A DNA stretch of 61,857 nt, filler included, from Hausera hauseri (GCA_046269625.1; 11 parts of 11 records of this genome joined end to end with filler, not necessarily neighbours in it), one strand, 5' to 3'. Shown: positions 48,193 through 61,174, numbered from the whole stretch's first letter. The notes: a model not told the origin generated them from the sequence alone. Numbers and translations are program-made.

Positions 48193-49145
48193 ATGTCAAC
48201 AGAAAGACAGACAACTGAAAAACGAACCTATACTATTGAGCATTTAGACATAAATGTAGAGAGATTCAACGGAAACCCAGAGAAATTGTTTTCCTTTTTC
48301 AAAAGTTACAAATCTCAAAGTGCAGCAAAAGGCCTTGATGAAAAGGAAATGATCAGAAGATTACCCTTATCATTAACAGATATAGCTGTCGATGCATACA
48401 ATGACCTCACAAATGATTCAAACAGCCTTTATCGATCGATTTTATCCCACATTGTCTCCACATCAACAGTTGATTAAACTTCAAAACAGGTATCAGTTAT
48501 ACGGTGAAAGTACGACCCAGTACGCTTACGCTCTAAGACAAATTGTGGCTCAATACGTCGAAGCAGTACGCTTAGAAGCTCTAAAGAAGAAAAACTGATG
48601 AAAAAGAATTAAAAACAGACATTTTGTTACTTACACAATTCCTAAATGGACTTAATCCTGACTTACGATATAAAGTGCAGGCTAAATATCGTAGCGATTT
48701 TGTTGACGCATTAAAAGCTCCTCAAATGATCGAGTCATTTACGCCTTTAAAAAGACCGAGAAATACAGATCGCAATTTCGACAATGAATCACGAAGAAGT
48801 GACAATCGACGAAATGAACGTTTCGAAAGTGATTATCGCTTTAATAACCGGCAGAATGACCGAAGAAATCGGGATAATATAGAAATAGATTACGATCGAG
48901 ATGATTACCGACGACGATATGATAAACCAGATTCAATGAATTTTACTGAGAAACAAACGAATGTAAAACAAGACAGTTATTGCCATACGAAAAGAGTAAC
49001 TCTCCTCCAACCGAACACAGAGTTCGATTTGCTCAAGAAACACCGTATCAAAAAGATGGACGACAAGAAATAACTAAAACAGGCAAAATGGTAACTTGTT
49101 ACCGATGTAATAAAATGGGACATTATGCTAGTTCATGCCAAGAGC
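48193..49145 (+). pseudogene. gag: Gypsy-type Gag (subfamily B)
   Basis: ERFNGNPEKL..EMIRRLPLSLTDIAVDAYNDL, LQNRYQLYGESTTQYAYALRQ, LLTQFLNGL, CYRCNKMGHYASSC. Confidence 0.85.
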
Positions 49146-50560
49146 CATCGAAATCAATGGAGAAAAAGTCTAGCGCTGCAATGCATAAAGTTAAAACTGA
49201 TGATACCACAGAGGATTTCTTGCAAAGAGTTTCTGAGTTGACCTCGGAAGAAAGAAACCTTACAGCTAGCGCTCTCAGAAAAATGGATTCAGATATTGAC
49301 CAAATTCTTAGACGATTCAATGTACATACAAGCAATAGTTTTTCAAAATATTACTGCCATGGCATATTTGATGATATAAATAAAAATGTACCCTTAGCTA
49401 AACCTGCTCAGGCTAAGGCCATTACTAAATTAATAATTATAGAAGCAAGAACAGAAGCAAAGAATAGGTTCATTCTCGGTGAACCACTACCAGAAGTTGA
49501 TGAATTCATGCTTGAATGTTTTCCAATAGATCCAAATGTGGCTGTATGTACACAGAATAAAGGATCTGCAAATAAGAAACCAGAAAAAAAGAAAAAGGAA
49601 TATAAATTTTCAGGCTATAAAATACCTAAGAAAAAACCAGAAAAAAACTGAAATCATCTATCACCAGTTGGGATATTAAATATGGACAAATTCATACAAA
49701 ACATGAAGTACCAAAAGAATTAATTCCATCCACCTCAAAACAAGAGGAACCACCAGTTACCAAACCGACAATTCAGGTTGAGAAAAAATACCAAGATGTA
49801 GCTAAAGAAACATTGAAGCAAATGCAACCAAAGATTAGAGAACAGATACAAAAAGATCTGGCGAAAACAAACCAAGGAAAAATCCCTAAAGGACTAGAGT
49901 TATCCAAGTTAATAAACACTTACATAGAAAAGGACTGCATAAGTAAAATGAATGAAAACGACAAAGAAAAATTGATCAAAGAAATTTATAGATTACGTGA
50001 AAACGACTTTGTACCCGAACCTAGATATCTATTAGAAGTTGAAAAACAAGAAAAGATTAATAAGCAAATAAGAAGTTAAGAAGTTAGAGAAATTTATTAT
50101 ATAGATATTGGAAAGGATTCGATCACTCCCCGATCTCCAAAATGGAAGAAATGAGTTAAGGAACAGCGGAAATTTATGAAGAATCTTAAGAAAAATTCAG
50201 TGGAAAACTTCACAATTGACGATATTGTACAATTAATATTAAAAAAGCCATCTCGCATAAATTTCGAAAAGGTGATATTGCTTCTAATATCTGAGACACC
50301 TAATGAAGCTAATTTAAAGGCCACAACTGATAAAATAATTCATGCTAGTAAAACGATAATTCCGCAATATGGAAAATGGAGTGACCTATTTCTACGCAAC
50401 GAAAACGAAAAATTACTCGAAACAACCAACAAATATAGAAAAAGCTATTCAAGAAATTACTTTAAATGCATCTCATGACGAGATTGTTCCCATTATTATG
50501 GAGAAAATGACTAGTCAATTACAAGAAGAAATTCAGAAAAGTGATGGTGTAAAGTCCAAT
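49146..50560 (+). pseudogene. Region X of subfamily B (about 470 codons)
   Basis: ORFs 48980-49651, 49813-50079, 50176-50478 and 50369-50668; distal part resembles the end of subfamily A region X. Confidence 0.65.
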
Positions 50561-50727
50561 GGAATATTTATGCAACTTATGTTACTTTTATTAGTGTTAT
50601 TTTCCAATTTTAAAAGGACCGGAACAATATTAGCTTATGATTGCAATCAAATATATGAAGGAAGTTAATACTCATTGATGGATCTTCAATCATGCCCGGA
50701 CGCTCCTCAGAGAAAATTAGAGACTCA
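50561..50727 (+). pseudogene. env: Envelope glycoprotein start (subfamily B)
   Basis: GIFMQLMLLLLVLFSNFKRTGTILAYDCNQIYEGS*YSLMDLQSCPDAPQRKLET versus A3 TVYDCDKFKLGQRYSLMDLEACEDARPHKLET. Confidence 0.8.
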
Positions 50728-51249
50728 NNNNNNNNNNNNNNNNNNNNNNNNNNNNNNNNNNNNNNNNNNNNTTAATTAATTAANNNNNNNNNNNNNNNNN
50801 NNNNNNNNNNNNNNNNNNNNNNNNNNNAACTGACATCAACTAACATGACAAAAGGTTTATAACTCAAACAAGTAAAAAAAAAATTAAGACGAAGAAAAGA
50901 ACCCACCAACAACGTTTTTACACAACTTACCCTTGATTTGCGCGGTTGGTTGCAAAGAGAGGGAGGAAGCTGTTAATAGTATTTTTTTTAAACTTTATTT
51001 CAATCAGAAAACATTACAAAGTTATTCCAAACCAAAATCAACAAAATACACGCACAAAAAAAAAGATACATAACTATCACAAAACATATTAAACCTCACA
51101 TTTCTTAACTAAATACGAATGCAACTATCTCAGTAAATATACAAAAATAAAATTCAAGCATAAATAGCAGAGGGTCTGAAACAATAAACCAATAAATGCA
51201 ATACAAAGAGAAAAAGAAAACTAAACAGCAAAACAACAAAGGGGTCTGC

Positions 51250-54200
51250 TTATGGGGTAAAATTAAATATCTGAAAAAGAGTTTTTGTTCTTATAAGTTT
51301 CTTATTATTAAAATTAAGCTTATCAATAGAGGCAATATATATTTTTAGGTCAGTTTCTTTAAAATTATTAAAAGAGGGTATTTTTTCATTCCACTTCATT
51401 TTGTGTATATAATATTTTGCCAAAATAATAATTAAATTTATTATAAATAGTTCGTCTGAAGAAAATAATGAATTATTAAATATTAGCAAAATTTGCATTT
51501 TTGATAACTTAATGTACTTTTTAATTTTTTTAGTAAGCAGTTCTTGTATTTCAGACCAGAATATTGTAATATGAAAACAATCTACAAATAGATGGTCAAT
51601 ACTTTCACCTTCACACTGGCAAAAAGAGCAGTTTTTGCTGACGTTTGGGAAGAAACTGCAAACGTAGTCTTTGACTGGATAATATCTATGTAAAATTTTA
51701 AATACAAATTCTTTAATTCGATTAGATAAAATATATTTATAAGACAATAAGAAAATTTCACTCCATAGTTTATTGCTCAAGTAGCCCCATCTATGTTTAC
51801 TTATGGGAGTAGAGGAAGTAACTAACTGAGATCTGATAAACCTGTTATTGAAATTCTTATGCATTATGTTAGTACCTTCAATAGAAACTGAATCATAAAA
51901 GTATAATTCTTCTAAATGTATGGTTTGTGCTAGTGCATGTAAATTATGAGGAATAGAATTAATGACCAAACCAAATTCTTTTTGAGATATATTTATATCA
52001 TTAATGTTAATAAAATTCTCATAAGTATACCATTCACCATTAATGTCAAGTAACTGCTTTATCAGATAAATATTTTTGTTAGCCCAATTATGTAAGTATA
52101 AAGATTTGTTTTTATATAAAATATAAGCATTGTTCCATATGATGCAGTTATGAGGAGAGTAGTTATGTTTATATAGCAAAGACCAACATAAGAGAGCCTG
52201 TTGATGGAACTTAGCTAACTTGATGGGAAGTTTTCCAACTGAGTAAGGGCAACGCAACAAAAAGTTAATACCCCCCAATTTATTAAACAAATAATTTGGG
52301 AAAATATTCCACATAGAATTTAAATTTTTTAGGAATCTTTTAATCCAATTAATTTTTAAGATTTGATTAAAAACAGAAAATGTCAAAATATTTAAGCCTC
52401 CTTCATCTAAAGAATTTGAGAGGACAGATTTTTTAATTTTATGAGCTTTATTTTTCCATAGAAATTTGAAAAGAATCTTATCAAGTTCAGAACAGAGCGC
52501 TTTACTGACCTCTAGTGATGAAAAAATATAAGACGCCCTTGACATCCCCTCTGCTTTGCTTAATAGCACTCTACCATAAATAGTTAAATCCCTGGCTGAC
52601 CAAATATTAAATTTCTTTCTGATAGATTCAGAAACCAGATTAAAGTTATTACTTTTTTATTGTGATCTGTTGATATTTTAATACCTAGATAATTTACAGT
52701 GTTTTTTACAGGGATCCCACAGACTTCAGAGATAGCGGTCGTAAATAAGGGAAGGATTTCCCATTTTTTAAGATTAAGTTTCAGTCCAGAAATGTTAGAG
52801 AAATTGGATACAATAGATAGAGCTACAAGAAATTCACTAGAATCTTTTAAAAATATTGTTGTATCATCGGCAAGTAGAGAAATTTTAAGTTCTCGATCAA
52901 AAAATTTGATTCCTTCAAAGGAGCTCTGTCTGATTAAATAGTTTAGAATTTGGCCTACAAGTAGAAATATGTAAGGGGAGGCCGGACAACCCTGACGAAC
53001 TCCTTTATTGATATTGAAACGACTAGAAGTGCCATATGAAAGTTTAATAGAGCTATTATTATCTCTGTAAAGAGTCTTAAAGGCTTTAATGAAAAAATTA
53101 CCAAAGTTAAAAAAGGATAATGTATCAAAAATGAAGTTGTGACTAACAGTATCAAAAGCCTTCTGAAAATCCAGGAAGAGAATAATTGGATCACCAGAGA
53201 TGAGTTCTTTATAATCAGCTAAGTCCAGCACTAAACGGATGTTATCAGAAATATTACGTCCTGGCATAAAGCCGTTTTGAGATTCATGTATTAACTCATT
53301 CAAACAATTTTTCAGTCTTTTAGCTAAAATACATGCCAATATCTTATAGTCATTATTTAATAAAGTGATAGCACGCCAATTATCTATTATTAACTGGTCT
53401 TTATTTGGTTTGGGAATCAGAGTGATGAGACCCTGTTTCATTGATGTTGGTAATTCTACATTGTTAATAGATTCATATAAACTGCCAGAAGAAATTCAGA
53501 AATTTCAGATGAGAATTTGTGATAAAATTCTGAGGTCAAGCCATCGTTGCCAGGTGACTTGTTAGATTTTAGGTTTTTGATGCCCCATTTTATTTCTTCA
53601 TTACAGAGTGCATCATCGCATTCCTCTTTTAGAGAGTCATTAACTTTGTTTACCTCTACTAATGAGTTTAATAAACATGTGCTATCCATACAATCATCGT
53701 TTTTATACAGCTCTCTATAAAAATCTGACACATATTTTGAGATTACAGAGTAATCCTCAGTTACATTATCATTTATATTTAGTTTAGATAGTGATTTCCA
53801 TTCTGTGTTTCTTTTTCCCATATTAAAAAAGTATTTACTGTTTTTTTCACCCTTCTCAATCCATTTTAATCTAGAGCGAATGAAAGCACCACGGGCTTTT
53901 TCTTTATATATCTCGTCTAATTCTTCTTGATAATTTTGTAGTTGTGTTACAAGAACTTCATCATCTGATGTAATGGCAGTAATATTTGAGATGGATCTAA
54001 TTAACTGCTCTAACTTTTCTCTTTTTTTACGTTTTAATATTTTACTAAATTGGATCACATATTTTCTAATTTCATATTTGAGTAGTTCCCAATATTTCCC
54101 AAACTGGTTTTTATTTTGAGCAATTGTCCAGTACTGTGTGATTAGTTTTTGAATAGATAATGTAAGTTCTGTGTTATTTAGTAGTGAGTTGTTAAGTTTC

Positions 54201-54951
54201 CAGTGGTTATACACTCTTCTGCTCTCCTTATTGGAAAGATTTAATTTCAAAGAAATGGTTTTATGATCAGTTAAAACTGCAGGGGAAATCTTTACCTCTG
54301 TTACTTGTTTCTCCAGTTCTTCTGAAATAAGCCATAAGTCAATTCTAGATTGAGCAGAGAGAGTTTTGTTACTCTAGGTGTATTGACTGCTGGAGGGATG
54401 TCGATGTCTCCAAATGTCCAATAAATTCAGTCTGTTAGAAAAGTCCATAAGAAGATTTTGTCCATTTCTAAGTCTTGAAGGACATCTGTCTAGCTGAGGG
54501 GACCAAACCAAATTAAAATCTCCTCCTAAAATAACCTTTGCTGATGGGAATTTGGTACAAAGAAATAACATAGAGTCCTCCAACTCCTTCAAGAAAATCA
54601 AGTTTAAAGAATCAGAATTATATCCATAAATATTACCCAACAGAAAAATGTAGGAATGAAATTCAATCACTATGAAGATCCAATGACCCTTATTATCAGT
54701 TTGACATCTAGAATTTTACCTTTGAAGTTGTCTTTTAATGTAGCTACTCCCCCTGATTTGTTTGAACCATGTGATAACCATAAATCTTTGCCCCATTGGG
54801 ATTTCCAAAAGGTTTCATCTTCCAAACATGAGTGACATTCCTGAAGAAAAATGAAATCCGCTCTTGCCTCTTTAGCAAACAAAAATAAAGCTTTTCTTTT
54901 TATATTATTCCGCAAACCCCTTGTATTAACAGATAAGAATGATAACTCCAA
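51250..54951 (-). pseudogene. L1 ORF2 (endonuclease, reverse transcriptase, zinc-binding region), interrupted
   Basis: LSVNTRGL, FLQECH, GGDFN, KSPGNDG, WRAITLLNNDYKI, LDFQKAFD, GVRQGCPASP, LLADD, CSFC..ESIDHLFVDC; three frameshifts and one stop. Confidence 0.93.
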
Positions 54952-55079
54952 AATGCCTTCTCTTTAAGAACAATAAAGAGAAAAAAAATTAGTAAAATGT
55001 CAATCATTGAAAAGGACTCTTAAGATTAAATTGAAGCCACTGTGTAACCTATGTGAAATATGTAATGCTTACTGCTCGA

Positions 55080-55910
55080 TCAGAAACACTGTTGTCTAGT
55101 TGTCTGTCGAATTTCTTTTCCATCTATGAAAGCTTTTCGTCCCACAAAGTAGGCTCTCTTTCCATCTTTGCGGGCTTGTTCGATGATCGGCCACAGAGCA
55201 GCCCTGGCCTCCTTGTCTTCCTTGGAAAGGTCTTCACCAAAACGAAGTTTGGCCTCTCGTAGATATACGCTGTTCTTCGCACTTTTCCAGATGATGTCTC
55301 TTGCTGAGCGATAAGCAAAGAGGATGATGATGGCTCTGGTCTTAGCGTTGTCCCGTCTCCCCAGCCGATGAGCTACGTCGATTCCTGCAGCTGCTTTGGA
55401 ACTTAGATCAGGTGCAATTCTGTTACAGATAGCCAAGATGATCTCTTTCAGATCTTCATTCTCCTTCTCAGGGACTCAATAAAGCCGAAGGCACCATCTT
55501 CGTTTGTAGCGCTCTGCATCTGCGACACGTTCCTGTAGATCTTCTAGTTTCGCCTCCAACTTTTCAGTTTTGTTCTTCAACATACTGTTCTCCTTTTTTA
55601 AGTCTTCAATTTCACCATGCATGAACTCAATGGCTGTTTTAATATCCTTGATGTCAGCTTTGACCTCCTCCGCTCTGTCGTTCACTGCTTTCAGAATGGC
55701 GTGTAAAGAAGGCTGTGACTCATCTCCACAAATTTTTTTAGGATTTGGGCTGTTCACTGGAGAGTCCGGTAATGGCAATATATCGTCATGCATGTTCAGA
55801 CTGGAATATTTGTTTTCATCACAGTAGTTGTGTTCAGTGCTCGTCTTCAATGGTGTGACTGGAGTCCTGAATTTCCTCTTGTTATCTTCTTTTTTTCCTT
55901 TGTCACTCAT
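55080..55910 (-). pseudogene. L1 ORF1 (coiled coil plus RRM-like), one in-frame stop
   Basis: Coiled coil, ERYKRRWCLRLY*VPE, IDVAHRLG, LRFGEDL. Confidence 0.88.
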
Positions 55911-56325
55911 TATTATTGTTGTTTTTTTTTTTTTTTCCTTTTTTTTTTTTTTCTTCTTCTTCTTAAGCTAGCTTACTTGAACTTCTTAGCCAAATACACA
56001 TAACTGGATTAACCTCTATTTTTTTAAAAATATAACGTTACTGAATTATCACCAAGCAACAATTTAAGTCTTACAAATCACTGAAGTCCGTTTTGGCTTC
56101 TCAAAAGGCGTTCATATTATGCTGGAGTCCAAATTAAATGTAGACGTTTTAAAAAGCGTCCGGACACGTCGCCATCTTGGCTCGCCCCGTTTTTGAAACA
56201 AGTGCGCATGCGTTAAAAAAATAAANNNNNNNNNNNNNNNNNNNNNNNNNNNNNNNNNNNNNNNNNNNNTTAATTAATTAANNNNNNNNNNNNNNNNNNN
56301 NNNNNNNNNNNNNNNNNNNNNNNNN

Positions 56326-56455
56326 GGTCACTTCCACCATGACGTGTCCTCTTCCCATTCGCCAGTTTCACTTCCACCGATGACGTGGCCTCTTCCCATT
56401 GGTTTCTTTCCTTCCCCGGGGGGGTAGTGGCGCGAAGTACTCACATCCTACTACT
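56326..56455. repeat. Possible Polinton terminal inverted repeat end
   Basis: GC-rich segment with a duplicated CACTTCCACC..ATGACGT..CCTCTTCCCATT unit, ending in ACTACT before an abrupt switch to AT-rich DNA. Confidence 0.4.
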
Positions 56456-56776
56456 TATGGGGTTGTAGTATGTTACAAATATTTAATAAAAATCACTTTA
56501 AAGGGGAATTATCAGGAGAATTATCTAACGTATATGGACTTAGATATCAAATTATAGCGATCAAATATTATATTAAGATGCTTGTTTAATTCACTCACAA
56601 AATACATAAGAATGATGAGCTTTCATGAAATTACACTCACTTATTCGATGGCCAATATATTGTTGTTGTTCAGTTGGAATAAAATATGTCGTTTCTTGCT
56701 AAAGCTATAAAAATCACTTTAAATGAAACAAATAAAAACTGCAACACTATTGTAAAACCCTTGCTCTAAGGGAAGA

Positions 56777-58578
56777 AATATCGCACAAAGAATACTCAAA
56801 AACTTCGATAAACCAAATTGACTGAAATTTTGGCGCAACGTCCATCGTGATTTATTAAAAATTTGGCTAAAATTTTAGATGTGGTAATTCGTTTAAAATA
56901 ACAATGGGTCTCTTGTGGAAAAATATATTAAGTTATAAACTTTATATACGTTTTTTTGAGGACAATGATGTTGCAGAATTTGTCGTTCAACATCGGTCGG
57001 GCAGATATTCGCGCATGTTTACTTATCTTTTTGAATCTCGCACACAGTTTGTTGTACCATAAGTATATGCAGACTATAGAGTCATCAGCTTGGACACGGC
57101 TTTACTAAATAACAACATTGTTGTTTTGTGAATATATCCTGGTAATTCGTAAATAAGTTATTTGATTTCGTAGAGATTTCCGGGTAATGCATAAATAAGT
57201 TATGATTACAAATTCTGAAGAAAATAACACCGACCTTGCAGTGTCTCACTTGACCTAGCTTGGTCAAGTTATAAGGCACCACTGAACATTTAGGCCCAAA
57301 GTGCGTTTTGTACTTCGTATTTTTTGATTTCATTATCTGTGGAACACTGGGTCGTATATGGAATTTGATTAATAATATCAAAATAACAGTAAGATCAATT
57401 TAATAATGGCTGTAAAAAATCAATCAAAATTCAAAATCAATTTTATTTCTAAGTACTAGAAAACTTTTAGCTTTTTAAAACAAACTTCTTATCATAGACT
57501 ATACAGCCATATTCTGACACAATGGGAGAAAAACGACAAAAATGCATCAAATAGTCGGCAATTACATGTTATTTACACCCGACAATAAGGCTCTTCTATT
57601 GAGGCCTCAAACAAATTTTACACTACGTTTACTCGTATTTTCTATTAAAATTATATTTGATTAACAAAGACAAAAAAATAAATAAAACAACGGTGTATTT
57701 ACAGGTCATAACCACGTTTATTAAAATTATATGTACATATTTTACAATAGCGAGTAATAAAATAAAGGCCGGTAAGATGTGAAATTGCAACTAGGAATAA
57801 GACTCGGACTAATGATTGACGATTGGACTGGTCAAATAGAAAAACTTGGTACATGGTGCGGAAGGTAAAACAAAAGAATATTTCGATGCGAAATTTAGTG
57901 GCTGATCGTGTAGTCCGTATGTATCCGTGGACTAATGGTCTATAACGCAACTCCACAGCATATTCTCGGGTCAGACAATGGATCCGATGGGTAAGATCCT
58001 TGTTGGGCACAACAAACATACAATAGAAATTGATTAAACAAATGATTTTGTCAAAAACGTCTTCACTTGGGGGATTACTTTTTTATTGACATTATTTGGT
58101 TCATGTTGAAATATCTGCCGACCGTTGTTTAAATGTCTTGATAAGATCGTAGTACTAGAACGTTAAATAAAGAACGTTGAACGATAAATTCTGCAACATT
58201 ATTGTCCTCAAAAAGACATTTATATGTAGTTTATAATTCATTTAAACAATAGAAAATTTAAATATAGATATTAGAATATTTTTAATATTTACTGAATAAT
58301 GATCACCAAATACTTATATTTATTAAAATATTTATTAAAAATATTTATTAAAATGTATCTAAAGAGTTCGGTAGCTTTTTAGACACATTTTAATAAACAT
58401 TTCTGGTTTGAAATAAAATTTATTAGAAAAATCCCAACTTCTGTTTAAATTTTCTGTTGATTAAGTGAATTACCGAAGCTGACATTTTAACTATATCTTT
58501 AATAAATTACAATTGACACTGGTAAATTTTCAGTCAATTTGGTTTGTCATAGTTTTTGGCTGTTCTTTGTTAGATATT
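56777..58578. mobile_element. Unclassified DNA transposon remnant with long imperfect inverted arms
   Basis: AAACCAAATTGACTGAAA (about 56810) versus its reverse complement at about 58528-58545; TGAGGACAATGATGTTGCAGAATTTGTCGTTCAAC (about 56957) versus about 58177-58210. Confidence 0.55.
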
Positions 58579-58929
58579 CAAAGAAACAACAAAGGCAGTG
58601 TTTTAACATTCTACCGGACAACATTAATATTCTATGGGGCATTCCAAATTTTGGAACATTAATGTCTCCGTTCTATTGCAAGCACTGACGATAGAAGCAC
58701 AATTATTTAATTGGGAAGAAGACTCGATCTGTTTTTATTGATTCATAAAAAGAAATATCGTCTGCATTTTAAATACGTTTATATTTTCGAAATATACAAA
58801 CGAGAAATTTCTTTTACTTGAGTAATCGTTTGAGTTTTTTTGTTCCTAGACTGAGTATGACGTCACCAATAATTTTACTTTAGAAGGAGCAGTGCGGATA
58901 TACTCAGAATATCATTCGTTTGGTAAATA

Positions 58930-60153
58930 TAATGAAACCCCGTTAATATAAAATTTCGTGGGCAACAAAATTTTATATTAACGGGATTTTCAAGAAAAAT
59001 GTCATAGAAATCAATTTATAATTCTGTATTATAACGTGAGAAATTCGAATACAGCATTTTTGTCTTTAATCCTAATTCTCTGCCTTTAGAAACCAATAAA
59101 TCTAACGTGGAAAGAGAAATTCTATGGGTTTTTATGATTTCAAATGTCTGTCTCTTTATCTAATAATCTAGAATTTCAGTTTGACTTTTATGGCCAATGG
59201 CTTCGAGATTTCACTTGTAGTCATTGTAGTCTAACAATTAAAAATAATGTATCGAAAATTTTACAAAAATATACTTTCACATCAAAAGAGTTCATTTATA
59301 AATTTTATATTAACGGAGTAAATTAGCAGGCAGTTTGATTGGTTATGTAATTGAACTTTAAAACTTTTGTATTAACGAGGTTTTTATACACTGACACAAA
59401 AAGCGGGAACTTTGGAAATGCGTAGTGGCAGCACTGCGGAACATGGATCTTGAGCTGTAAACAGTCTCGCCATTTAGTAATTGTAGCAATTTTTGCTACA
59501 AACTTAAATTAATCTGATTTGCCCAATGGTGTTGCACAAAAAGTTCACAAAAATCAAATAAATAGAATTTAAATAAAATTTGTTTAACTTCTAAAAAATA
59601 CACTAATCGGATTTTCAAGAAAGGAAAAATTGCAGTGAATCCACATCTGTTTGAACAATTTTCCACAACTTCACGAAACTTGGTTTCAACAGGATGGCGC
59701 GAGATTTCACACTACAAAACAATCAATGACAGCTGTGCGAGAATTGTTCGGTAAACATGTCATCTCAAGATTTGATGACATTCCCTGGCCTTCAAGATCA
59801 TCAGATTTGTCCGTTTGTGATTTTTTTCTTGTCGGGTCTATACGACTCGGCTAAGGACACTGGATGAATTGAAACAAAGAATTCAAGATGAAATTTGTGG
59901 TATCCTAGCTGAGATGTTGCAGCGATCAATGGAGAACTTCAACGGCAGATTGGAAGAATGCATACGTACAAGAGGACGTCATCTACCGGACGTAATTTTC
60001 AGATATTGATAATTTGGATTACTGTCTCTTAAAAGGCAACTTGTATTGGTTCAATTGCTGTCAATAAAATTTTGTTGTTGGATTTCTTCTATTTTTATTT
60101 TGTTTTTCAAAAGTTCCGTTTTTGTGTCTTCCTATATTAGTGGGGTTATACTG
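58930..60153. mobile_element. TA-flanked MITE interrupted by a Tc1/mariner element
   Basis: Left end TAATGAAACCCCGTTAATATA versus right-end reverse complement CAGTATAACCCCACTAATATA; internal TTTTATATTAACG repeats. Confidence 0.55.
59389..60134 (+). mobile_element. Internally deleted Tc1/mariner-superfamily transposon
   Basis: TIRs GACACAAAAAGCGGGAACTTTGGAAA / TTTCAAAAGTTCCGTTTTTGTGTC with TA flanks; transposase C-terminus WFQQDGARFHT..WPSRSSDLSVCDFFL..TLDELKQRI..RLEECIRTRGRHL (59651-60000). Confidence 0.85.
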
Positions 60154-61174
60154 TAATAAAAATTCACCAAAATGTGAATTGACATAACTTATTTTACAAC
60201 CCCAAATAAGAATATTGCATAATATCATTGGCGGCTGAAGTGAACTCCAGTATATTTAAGAAACGGAACCCATATTTTAGTTTAAAAATGACCTCTTTTA
60301 ACGTTGTTCTATTATCGCTTAATCTTCAGGATGTATATCAGTATTTTGAAGTTTCCTTATCACATCTAAATCTTGTCGATTGTCATGGAGAGGAGCCATT
60401 GGATATTTCTAATAAAATTTAAAGAATTTTCATAAGTTTTTATTTATTCCCGAATTAAATTTTAGGCGTCATTCCGTTGTCTCTAATTTTTGTGAAAACG
60501 GGAAGCACCCTCCAGGAACTGGCAACGTTAAGTAGCGTACAATCAAATTCAATAACAATAATGGCCACTTTAAGTGTTCTATCTCTGTTGCCATTTATTT
60601 TCAAAGATAAATTGAGAAAGATTATTTGATTTTAGTACTTCTCTAAGATGTGATCAAATGCTTTGTGGTTCTTTACTGACCATTGCTTTTATAAAATTGG
60701 TCAGAGCATTTTGTTAAACAACTGTTTTTGATAGATTAAAGTTATTTCTCGGTCTTCAGATTTATATTTTTATTTTTTGTTTCCATGTAGTGTAATTGGT
60801 AAATATTTCATGTGGAGGACATTTGACTTTGAAAACTGACTTCCGATTTTAGGCCTAATCCGTAATTTTGTCGGTTTATGTAAACAATTTGGTTAAATTA
60901 TAATTTGGCATAAACAAAGCAATACTTGCCTGGGTTGTTTTTTTACCATTTGTTATTTTACAATTTTTTTCTGAAAATTTTCACAAAATTTTCGTCGATA
61001 TTCCGTTTAACTAAAAAAGTCATAAAATGTTTTATCGTTGGTGAGTTATATAAAAATGCGGGTTCTGGATCACCCCCATGCAACCAATACGAAGAGTGCT
61101 TTATGTGCACACAGGCACTGGCTTGGTAGAATCGGCGATGGAGATTTCGAAAGTCGAAACGGGAAAGGTGCACG

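Larger units (their letters stand above)
47821..50727 (+). mobile_element. Gag-X-Env LTR element, divergent subfamily B (PBS, gag, short X, start of env)
   Basis: PBS, Gag homologous to subfamily A, no pol motifs, then signal peptide plus LAYDC..YSLMDLQSC. The LTR probably lies upstream (about 46800-47816) but its limits are undefined. Confidence 0.85.
50981..56188 (-). mobile_element. Near full-length L1-clade LINE (about 5.2 kb)
   Basis: 5' GGGGCGAGCCAAGATGGCG (YY1-type L1 start), ORF1, ORF2 (APE, RT, Cys-rich), AATAAA plus short poly(A) at about 50981-51000. Confidence 0.92.

Noticed and set aside
5421-56325. Regularly recurring TTAATTAATTAA motif as a biological repeat, and clustering of the Gag-X-Env copies as a tandem locus
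   Set aside because: The motif sits inside N-runs and is an assembly linker. The copies lie on separate contigs, so their proximity is not informative. ORFs ending in X..LIN or X..N are artefacts.
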